Assembly: GCA_041688145.1 (NCBI GenBank)
Contig: JBDNIV010000005.1
Coordinates: forward strand, 1 to 57,645
Direction of reading: 5' to 3'
Origin: Chlamydiia bacterium
Lineage (GTDB): Bacteria; Chlamydiota; Chlamydiia; Chlamydiales; JAAKFQ01
DNA length: 57,645 bases
A model generated the notes under the pieces. It ran no database searches and was not told where the DNA came from. It saw nothing but the letters and a program-made list of their open reading frames with translations. The translations under genes were made by a program, and so were the position numbers. This document shows, piece by piece, positions 50,334 through 57,645 of this stretch (its first letter is position 1; each line of letters starts with the position of its first letter).

Positions 50334-52442
50334 TTAAGGTGAGCCTTGAGCTTCCATCTCCCCTTCCTGCTCTTCATCTTCTAAACCTAGCGCTCTAAAA
50401 AAGGCTTTCTCATCAGGAGATCTGCCTAAAAAGTCCTCTAGTAGTTCGTTGGGGTCTTGTCCTCCTCCAGGCTCAAGCACTTTTTGCATATAGCGCACTC
50501 CCACATCTCGACTGAGTAGGCCTTCAGCTTTAATCTGCTCAAAGACATCAAGAGCGAAAACTTTAGACCATAAATAGCTATAGTACTTCGAGCCATAGCC
50601 CATTAAATGCCCAAATGAGGTGTGGAAATTGTCTTCAAAGCAAGTAGCTAAGTAAGGCAAATGCTTTTTCTTAAGGCTCTGCATTAAAGCTTTTGTATCT
50701 TTATCAGCACCCTCTTTGAAGCAGTCTAAGGCAAATTGAGTGCATAAGCCTTGCCTTGCAAGCCCCATGCCTCCTGCAAAGTTTTTTGCTTCAATAAGAG
50801 AATCTATTACTTTTTCCTCTAAAGGCTCACCGGTCTTATAATGAGAGCTTACTTGTTGTAAAATCTCTTTATCCCAAAGCCACTCTTCTAAAAGCTGTGA
50901 AGGCAACTCTACAAAATCGAGTTTCACCCTTGTACCTGATGTCTGCATAAAAGGTTGGGCTCCTAAAAGATCGTGGAGTGCATGCCCAAATTCATGGAAA
51001 AAAGTGTGCACCTCATTAAGAGTCATAAGAGCCGGCTTGTCCCCCATACCTTTAGGGAAATTCATTACTATAACAGAGGTGCCTGGCCTAAAGAGGTCTT
51101 GAGGTTTCTCCTCTCTTGAACAGGCAATCTCAAACTCTGGCTTATGTCCAGAAATAAGCGTAGCTTCACAAGCGTGAGTATACTTACCCTCTCTTGGGAA
51201 AATGTCGATTAGAAGATAGCCCACAGGCTGCGCGCTTTCTTTGCGGTAAAGGCCCATAAGGCGCACCTCTTCATGCCATAAACCTTCTGCTTTCAGCTCT
51301 GTAATTTTTAGATCAAAAAAAGTCTCATAAATATCCATAAGACTGCGCATCGTCTGTTCAAGAGGAAAGTATTCACTGATTTTCGCTTCATCAATGGAGA
51401 ACTTCTCTTCTTTATAGCACCTGGCAATAAAGCTTGTATCCCAAGGCTTAAGCTTTCCATTTTCATCTAAAGAAATTCCCTTTGGCAGCTTTTGTGACAT
51501 CATAAGAGCTTCTTTCTCTGCTTTTACACGAGCTTTTATCATTACAGCTTCTAAAAAAGACTCAACTTTCTCTGGAGTTTTGGCCATTTGGTTATGAATA
51601 TCGTAATCTGTAAAACTTGAAAAACCGAGCAACTTTGCCATAGCATCTCTTTTTTCAATGACCTTGGCCAATACCTTTTCATTCGCTGGATATGCCCGAT
51701 TATTAAAAGCTAAGAAAAGCCCCTTTCTCACCGATTCATTCTCACAAAACTTCATAACAGCGTGGTATGTGGGATAGTCACAACCAAGCTTAACTTTGCC
51801 ACTTTGCTCTGTATGAGCTTCAATAAAATCGTCTTCCATCCCTGCAAGCTCCGAGGGCTCTATGAGGATATGGTTTGTACTCTCACGTATATTTCGAGCA
51901 AAAGTCTCTTCTAATTCAGCAATTTCGCCTTGCACTTTTTTTAAAGCTCTACGTTTTTCCTGAGAAAGCCCAAGGCCCATACGCCCTAGATCTTCTAATA
52001 CCCTATCAAGGTAGTAAGCTGCCTTGCCTTCTAGCTGGACCTCTTTTTTAAAGTTTTGAAAAATAGAATAAAATTCAGGGTGATCGAGCAGATAGCTGCT
52101 TGCAAAAGTGATCAGCTGAACTGAAGCTTTTTCTGACACATCTCTAAGCTCTTTAGCAAAAACAAGTGTTCCTACCTCACAAAGCTGCTGCATCTCTTCA
52201 AAAGCGCCCCAAGCCTGATCCCAAGCAATAAGTGTGTTATCAAGCGTTCTTTTTCCTGGATCAATGCTTATAAGCTCCTGCAACTTTTCATCTAGTACCT
52301 TCATAGCTAAGTTTGAGCGCTCTTCAATATCACAAGGCGCCTTAGGTAATACTTGGGCTATTTGCTTACTTACATTTTCACTAGGCGACATTTGGGCTCC
52401 TACAAGTTGAAGGGTACATAAAAACAAAGGTAAAAAACGCAC
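50334..52442 (-). CDS. M3 family (thimet oligopeptidase-like) metallopeptidase, signal peptide
   Basis: PREGKYTHA, FHEFGHALH, DFVELPSQLLE, YYSYLWS. Confidence 0.93.
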   Translation of the reverse strand: MRFLPLFLCTLQLVGAQMSPSENVSKQIAQVLPKAPCDIEERSNLAMKVLDEKLQELISIDPGKRTLDNTLIAWDQAWGAFEEMQQLCEVGTLVFAKELRDVSEKASVQLITFASSYLLDHPEFYSIFQNFKKEVQLEGKAAYYLDRVLEDLGRMGLGLSQEKRRALKKVQGEIAELEETFARNIRESTNHILIEPSELAGMEDDFIEAHTEQSGKVKLGCDYPTYHAVMKFCENESVRKGLFLAFNNRAYPANEKVLAKVIEKRDAMAKLLGFSSFTDYDIHNQMAKTPEKVESFLEAVMIKARVKAEKEALMMSQKLPKGISLDENGKLKPWDTSFIARCYKEEKFSIDEAKISEYFPLEQTMRSLMDIYETFFDLKITELKAEGLWHEEVRLMGLYRKESAQPVGYLLIDIFPREGKYTHACEATLISGHKPEFEIACSREEKPQDLFRPGTSVIVMNFPKGMGDKPALMTLNEVHTFFHEFGHALHDLLGAQPFMQTSGTRVKLDFVELPSQLLEEWLWDKEILQQVSSHYKTGEPLEEKVIDSLIEAKNFAGGMGLARQGLCTQFALDCFKEGADKDTKALMQSLKKKHLPYLATCFEDNFHTSFGHLMGYGSKYYSYLWSKVFALDVFEQIKAEGLLSRDVGVRYMQKVLEPGGGQDPNELLEDFLGRSPDEKAFFRALGLEDEEQEGEMEAQGSP

Positions 52443-52488
52443 AAAGATTTATGGGTTACTTAATAAGGTATAAGTAACGCGCTTAGAC

Positions 52489-53058
52489 TTAATCGTCAAC
52501 TATGATTCCAAGACCTAAGGCTAACTCTAAAGCTCCATCTATAGTGAAATGAGCTTTCTCTAGCTTAGCCTCTTTAGGATTGATATTGATATTTTTTGCC
52601 CCTTGAAAAAGGGCTGCTTTTAGATTTGCACGCAAAAATTGCGTTCCTAGTAAATCACACTCTCTAAAGTCAGCTTGAGTTAGATTAGCCTCGTCAAAGC
52701 GACATTCCTTTAAGAAGCTACCTTTAAAAATAGTCCCCTTTAAAGGAAGCTCGCAAAAACTACACATCTGCAACTTACATGTCTTGAAACTTACATTTAA
52801 AAGTATTTTTTCAACTCCAGAGAAATTGAGGCCGGTCAATTTACTATCTAAAAATTCTACCTCACTAAGCTTTGTATGCTTTAAGCCTACTTCAGAAAAC
52901 TGACACCCTTTGAATGTACAATTTTGAAAAGAGTGCGCACCAAGATTCACCCCTATAAACAAACAGCGCTCAAAAGTAACCTCTTCATACTGCCGAAATT
53001 CTAAAGGCTGGGAGGCAAAATCTAATCCAGTAAATGTTTTGTTTTGGCAAAGGCTCAT
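52489..53058 (-). CDS. Pentapeptide repeat protein
   Basis: Continuous A(D/N)L / (C/S)xF 5-residue periodicity. Confidence 0.9.
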   Translation of the reverse strand: MSLCQNKTFTGLDFASQPLEFRQYEEVTFERCLFIGVNLGAHSFQNCTFKGCQFSEVGLKHTKLSEVEFLDSKLTGLNFSGVEKILLNVSFKTCKLQMCSFCELPLKGTIFKGSFLKECRFDEANLTQADFRECDLLGTQFLRANLKAALFQGAKNININPKEAKLEKAHFTIDGALELALGLGIIVDD

Positions 53059-53085
53059 ACCTGCATGAGTCTACCCTCTTAAAGC

Positions 53086-53625
53086 TTAACTGTCTTTAGG
53101 AGAGTCGTGGTTCTTTTTTCTAGCTCGATGAATAAGCAAAAAAACCACCCCTATTCCAATAAGAATGAGAGGCACCATGATAGCAAAAAGGTATTGATTA
53201 ATAAGAGCAATCACGGCTGCAAGAAGCCCGAGCAAAAGCCCGATAATGATAAAGCTGTGCTCTGTATAGATCCCATTTACAAAGACTGTTAAAGCTAGCA
53301 TGACAAGTACTTGAAGACTTGCTTGGAAACGGCTTACGAGGCCAATATGAACAAAAGCTGAGACAAGATAGACTGCTCCAATAAGCCCGATCCACTGCGC
53401 AACCTCATGCCAGATCGTAGTAGAGGAAAGAGACTTTCTATGCTTTCTCACATACCAACTTAGCCATAGGCTAAGAATAGCAAAAACTGGGCTCATGACT
53501 CTCCAATAATTCAATGAACCATCCTTCCATACATCGGTGACTATAACACCTAAAAAGGCAAATATGAGCATGATAAGCCCAACGATTAAGCGCGCCTTGA
53601 AGGGGTGTTTTTCTGATGTATCCAT
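53086..53625 (-). CDS. Hypothetical 6-TM membrane protein
   Basis: Six hydrophobic segments; GAGGA SD. Confidence 0.7.
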   Translation of the reverse strand: MDTSEKHPFKARLIVGLIMLIFAFLGVIVTDVWKDGSLNYWRVMSPVFAILSLWLSWYVRKHRKSLSSTTIWHEVAQWIGLIGAVYLVSAFVHIGLVSRFQASLQVLVMLALTVFVNGIYTEHSFIIIGLLLGLLAAVIALINQYLFAIMVPLILIGIGVVFLLIHRARKKNHDSPKDS

Positions 53626-53684
53626 TCGGCTATCCTCTGTAGGTTTTTCTTCTTTATCTACTTATAAAGCGTAATCGTCAAATA

Positions 53685-54611
53685 GTGCCTATATATCCTT
53701 TAACTTGCAGCAAATACAAAAATCATTTCATGATGGGGCTAATTCACAAAAAAACTGCAGGTCTTCTTATGTCCTCAATCCTTGAAAGAGCATCTGAAGT
53801 CTTTAAAGTCTTTGCGCATCTTAAAGGAAAAAAAAGGTCTTTAGCCTTTGTAATTCTAGGCATTTTTTGTTTGGGCCTTGCTTTTTTAGGTTATGGACAA
53901 AGCGCTCGTGAGCCTATAAATAGAAAAGACCTCTATGAAAGTTTAAAAAAACAACCTAAAAGCCGCTTGAAAAAGATGCAAACAGCGGGGCAAAAAGCCC
54001 TTGCTTGGATCCATCTCTTAGAAAAAGGGTCTTTGTCTTTAGACAAAGCTCTTAGAAGCCCAGGACAAATCCCAAGACGGCATGTGCATTTTCCAAAACA
54101 AGACGATGTCTTTGACGAGATAAGCTTAAGCCTCTATTACTACCATGCGCACCGAGGCATGGAGAAAGGGCATTTCCATCTGTTTTTGATGGAAGAAGCT
54201 ATCGATACTGCCAAGCCCCTATTCACTTCTTCTCGAGAAGATGGCTTCAGTCACCTTATTGCTATTTCTGTAGACGAGAAAAGTCGCCCTTTTAAGCTTT
54301 TTACAACAAACCAGTGGGTTACAAACGAAAACTGGTACAAAGCTAAAGATGTTATTGGTTTTACCGAGCAGTTCCACATCCACGGAGATAAGCATGATTG
54401 GGCAACCAGTCAGTGCCTAAATGCGTTAGTTACTCTATTTGGACCTCAGATTGAATATCTTATATTGAAGCGTGATGAAAAGATAAAAGAGCTTGCATAT
54501 GAAAAGAAGATAGACCAAAAAGCAGTTCTGGAGGATACCCAAATAGAGCTCCTCTCAGAAATGCTTATTGATATAGATCTACAGCTCGAGCTTTTAGAAA
54601 AGCTCGTTTAA
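53685..54611 (+). CDS. Conserved hypothetical His-rich protein (DUF6969-like) with N-terminal TM
   Basis: YYYHAHR, EKGHFHLF, HLIAIS, LFTTNQWVT; true start probably downstream. Confidence 0.55.
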   Translation: MPIYPLTCSKYKNHFMMGLIHKKTAGLLMSSILERASEVFKVFAHLKGKKRSLAFVILGIFCLGLAFLGYGQSAREPINRKDLYESLKKQPKSRLKKMQTAGQKALAWIHLLEKGSLSLDKALRSPGQIPRRHVHFPKQDDVFDEISLSLYYYHAHRGMEKGHFHLFLMEEAIDTAKPLFTSSREDGFSHLIAISVDEKSRPFKLFTTNQWVTNENWYKAKDVIGFTEQFHIHGDKHDWATSQCLNALVTLFGPQIEYLILKRDEKIKELAYEKKIDQKAVLEDTQIELLSEMLIDIDLQLELLEKLV

Positions 54612-54772
54612 GATGAGCGCTGATTTCTATGCTTTGAAGTCTTAGGATCACATGTGAAGTTTTGACTCTTTTTGCAGCCACCAGCTTTTGGCTTACAAGG
54701 CTTGCAATTTTGGTTAGCGCTGCATCCAGCAAAAGCCATTGCACACGCAAATAAAAAACCGAATTTTTTCAT
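54608..54772 (-). CDS. Small cysteine-rich lipoprotein (54 aa), not in the ORF track
   Basis: MKKFGFLFACAMAFAG-CSANQNCKPCKPKAGGCKKSQNFTCDPKTSKHRNQRSS; lipobox FAGC; AAAGGTG SD. Confidence 0.75.
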   Translation of the reverse strand: MKKFGFLFACAMAFAGCSANQNCKPCKPKAGGCKKSQNFTCDPKTSKHRNQRSS

Positions 54773-54904
54773 AAGAAACACCTTTCTTTTTACGATAAAA
54801 GGGACCTTTTATCCAGCTCCCCCCACAACGCTGTTTTTATAATGACTCTCAAGATCTTGTCAAATATATAAAATGCATTCTTAGCTATCAAAGAGGCCTA
54901 TGCC

Positions 54905-56116
54905 TTAAGAAAGGGTAAATAGTGTAGAGATGCCCTCATGATCACTTAAAGCGTGATTAGTATCTAGAGTAGAGTTTTCTGCTCCATCGCTATCTTCTTT
55001 TTTATGATAAAGAGCCCGAATACCATCTGTTCTTCTAGATGTTTCATCTAAGGAGGCTGTTGTTAGAATATAATCAAGATGGATCTCATCAGATAAAGGA
55101 TTGCCTTTCAACATCGTATCAAAACCGGGTGCGCAGGTAGGCTGAGTCGTATCTCCAGCAAAGAGGCTTGGCCTAGATTCTTCTGAACTCAGCTCGTGTA
55201 ATTCCTTAGGACTCATATTGAGATCGCCGCAGATAATTGCTTTTTTATCTCCTATGCTTTTTCGAATCTGATTAAGCTGCTTGGCTCTTTGAGTCTTATC
55301 AGCTTCAGCTGGATTAAAATCGTCTTTTGAAGGCTCTAAATGCGTTGTTACAAAAGTAATGCTTTCCCCTAAACTTCGCACGACTTCCCCTTTGAAAAAT
55401 CCACGTTTCATATCAAACACTCTTCCATACTCAAAAGGTGTAAACTCAGGATTGTTTATCTTAGTGCGGCTTGCCACAAAAAGCCCTGAGCCTGGTGCAT
55501 GGGGCCTAATTCCTATGTTGAAAAAAAACTGGCTATATCCTTGTTTGTGAAGCTCTTCTATAAGCGCTAAAGCTACCTCTTGGCTCCACACCTCTTGAAG
55601 TGCAATTATATGGGGAGCTTGATCTTTAGATCCTATGAGCTCAGCTACAATCCCCTCTAGCCTATCTGTCCAGGGGCGCATACCTCCACAAGTCCAGTTA
55701 AGGCCCGCTTCAAAAGCGCATATGTTAGCGCTAACTACACACAGCTGATTTCCCTGTAAGGGCTTAGGCTCACCTTGAACCATAGAAAAAAAATCAGATG
55801 GACTCAGATAAGAAGCTGCAAGTTTAAGGCCTATTGCCAAAACCCCTGCAGATCCTAAGGTCGCTAAAGCTCCTAAAGTATATAGAGCTGGAGAGGTTAA
55901 TAAAACAGCCCCTAAAGCCGCAGCTACTCCAATAACGGAACCTCGATAAGCGTACTCAACTGACACTGATCTTTGTCCAAATTCTCCTGGCATAACAGGC
56001 ATCCAAAAAGAGCGAATAACCTGCTCAACAAGAAAAAAAACAGGCTTTTTTAAAAAAGAAGAAGTGCGGCAAAGAGTATAGGCCCCTAGCTGCCCTGCAC
56101 CACCTTCTACATGCAA
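54905..56116 (-). CDS. EEP (DNase I-like) phosphodiesterase, neutral sphingomyelinase-like, with N-terminal hydrophobic hairpin
   Basis: SANI, ALQEVW, GSGLFVAS, KRGF, TTHL, GDLN, LDYI, SDH. Confidence 0.75.
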   Translation of the reverse strand: MHVEGGAGQLGAYTLCRTSSFLKKPVFFLVEQVIRSFWMPVMPGEFGQRSVSVEYAYRGSVIGVAAALGAVLLTSPALYTLGALATLGSAGVLAIGLKLAASYLSPSDFFSMVQGEPKPLQGNQLCVVSANICAFEAGLNWTCGGMRPWTDRLEGIVAELIGSKDQAPHIIALQEVWSQEVALALIEELHKQGYSQFFFNIGIRPHAPGSGLFVASRTKINNPEFTPFEYGRVFDMKRGFFKGEVVRSLGESITFVTTHLEPSKDDFNPAEADKTQRAKQLNQIRKSIGDKKAIICGDLNMSPKELHELSSEESRPSLFAGDTTQPTCAPGFDTMLKGNPLSDEIHLDYILTTASLDETSRRTDGIRALYHKKEDSDGAENSTLDTNHALSDHEGISTLFTLS

Positions 56117-56256
56117 AGCCTCTCTATTATAATCAGCACTTGCCCTTTCTAATGAACCTACTATTCCTGAAGCCGCTATAATAAAACCTATTTTTCAAAT
56201 AATTGAACCAACAGGCAATCATTTGAAATAAACAGAATAAAGTCAAACTAAAATGA

Positions 56257-56775
56257 CTATTTTTTCTTTGAAAAAGTATCGCCTTCCTGAGAGCGTTTTA
56301 CAATGCGATTAATTACATCTGTAGTAGAAATCCCCGGAGTATAAGGTACCGTTTTAAAAATGCCTGCTTTCATAGCAGCGCCATACTGCTCTAGAGTCAG
56401 AGGATCCTTAGGATTAAAATCATCTCCATGAACCACTACATGGATGCCTTTTTCAGCAATCCACTCTTTTGTACAAACGGGTGAGACGCCCTCAATGACC
56501 TCATCAACGTACTTACATCCCCTAACAACAGCAGCTCTGTCTTTAAGGTTAAGTACAGGGCGGCGCTTATATGTTTCCACATGATCATCTGTAATAACCC
56601 CTACTATAAGATAGTCTCCAAGAGCTTTTGCTTTTTTCAAAAAAGCCACATGACCTGCATGGAAAAGATCTCCTGTAATATCTGCATAGACCACACGCTT
56701 AGTTTCAGGAGCACCTGCACCTATAATCAAAAAAGCGCATAAAACAAAAAAACCGACCCCAAATTTCTTAAGCAT
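56257..56775 (-). CDS. Cytidylyltransferase (choline/ethanolamine-phosphate CT-like)
   Basis: GDLFHAGH (HxGH), KRRPV, CKYVDEVI, VVHGDD, PYTPGISTT; hydrophobic N-terminus. Confidence 0.85.
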   Translation of the reverse strand: MLKKFGVGFFVLCAFLIIGAGAPETKRVVYADITGDLFHAGHVAFLKKAKALGDYLIVGVITDDHVETYKRRPVLNLKDRAAVVRGCKYVDEVIEGVSPVCTKEWIAEKGIHVVVHGDDFNPKDPLTLEQYGAAMKAGIFKTVPYTPGISTTDVINRIVKRSQEGDTFSKKK

Positions 56776-56911
56776 GACCTATCTCCTAAATGTAAAAAAT
56801 AAAACTTCTAAGCCTTAAGCTTCTGTCAGCTTGAAAAGACTCAAAGAAACTTACCGGAGTCTTAATAAATGTAAGAAAAAAATCAAGATTATTTTACTGC
56901 TATTCAAGACT

Positions 56912-56940
56912 AAAAAAGCCCCTCTTATGAAGGGCTTTTT
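56912..56940 (-). terminator. Intrinsic terminator after the ABC permease
   Basis: Minus strand aaaaagccctt-cataa-gaggggctttttt. Confidence 0.7.
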
Positions 56941-56988
56941 CTCTTTTAAATCCAAGGGTTCTATTAGCTTAAAAACTGTCTAAGCACA

Positions 56989-57645
56989 TCAAACACAATC
57001 GAGTCTGCGTTTTAGACGCCGCACTCCATCATAGCCCATTACTATGCTAAAAAGAATAAGCATACCCACACAGAGCCAGTAAGGCAAAAACTGCTCAGGG
57101 CCGACTATGACTGCTCTTATGCCTTCAAAAGCGTAGAGCAGAGGATTAATCAGTATGATCTTAGCAAAAAGAGGCGCTATTTTATTTGCTTGATGCCAAG
57201 TAAAAAAATAAGCCCCAAACATAAACATAGGGTTACCCACCCGGACAAAAAGATGGCCTAAATTACTAATTTTCTTAATAACTGAAGTAAGCCATAAGAA
57301 AAAGCATCCAAAGAAAAGATACGCTACCACATAGATCAGAGCGAATTTTCCCCAGTTTACACGTGCCATATCAAACTCCCCTAAAAGACAAATCTTCCCT
57401 AGAGGAATTATAATTAAAGCAGCGAGACCATAGCGCATTGTCCATGAGACAACAAGCTGCATAAATGTGAGCGCCGATGGAATCGGCAAGCTCAAGGTAT
57501 GCAGTATCGTCTGATCGGATTCAATATCAGATACAGTGACTGTCGTATACCCAATTGAATCGAAAAAAGAATACAAAAAGACCGACCCAGCAAAAATAAA
57601 TAGACCGAAGTTAAACGTATCGCCTCCAATTTGCTGCATAGGAAA
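56989..57645 (-). CDS. ABC-2 type exporter permease (5' end probably outside the window)
   Basis: Multiple TMs; PMFMFGAYFF and INPLLYAFEGIR typical of ABC-2 permeases. Confidence 0.8.
   Translation of the reverse strand, partial: FPMQQIGGDTFNFGLFIFAGSVFLYSFFDSIGYTTVTVSDIESDQTILHTLSLPIPSALTFMQLVVSWTMRYGLAALIIIPLGKICLLGEFDMARVNWGKFALIYVVAYLFFGCFFLWLTSVIKKISNLGHLFVRVGNPMFMFGAYFFTWHQANKIAPLFAKIILINPLLYAFEGIRAVIVGPEQFLPYWLCVGMLILFSIVMGYDGVRRLKRRLDCV

Noticed and set aside
54565..54750. 61-aa minus-strand ORF from the track
   Set aside because: A different frame (54608-54772) has ATG, SD and lipobox; this one overlaps the neighbouring gene and has no motifs

Overview
57.6-kb AT-rich chromosomal segment, almost certainly from an environmental Chlamydiota genome. 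Evidence: long chlamydial-type FtsH, pnp-ftsH-tilS-lptF/G and phnP-hflX neighbourhoods as in Chlamydia, and effector-like orphan genes. Housekeeping genes (pnp, ftsH, tilS, rplM-rpsI, miaB, ligA, glgB, hflX, birA, typA, recX, tRNA-Ala/tRNA-Ile) are interleaved with host-interaction and transport genes: a filamentous-haemagglutinin-like protein, an LRR protein, four tandem EamA transporters, two tandem Pht-like MFS transporters, and sphingomyelinase-like and cytidylyltransferase genes. I saw no CRISPR array, integrase, transposase or prophage. Top observations: (1) an FtsH-derived AAA+ paralogue with a degenerate protease motif directly downstream of ftsH; (2) an ARE-type ABC-F gene preceded by a promoter, a 3-codon uORF and an SD-sequestering hairpin (candidate translational attenuator); (3) adjacent cytidylyltransferase and sphingomyelinase-like genes (possible host-lipid headgroup salvage); (4) a 54-aa Cys-rich lipoprotein missing from the ORF track. 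All calls come from reading motifs by eye; no database searches were run.
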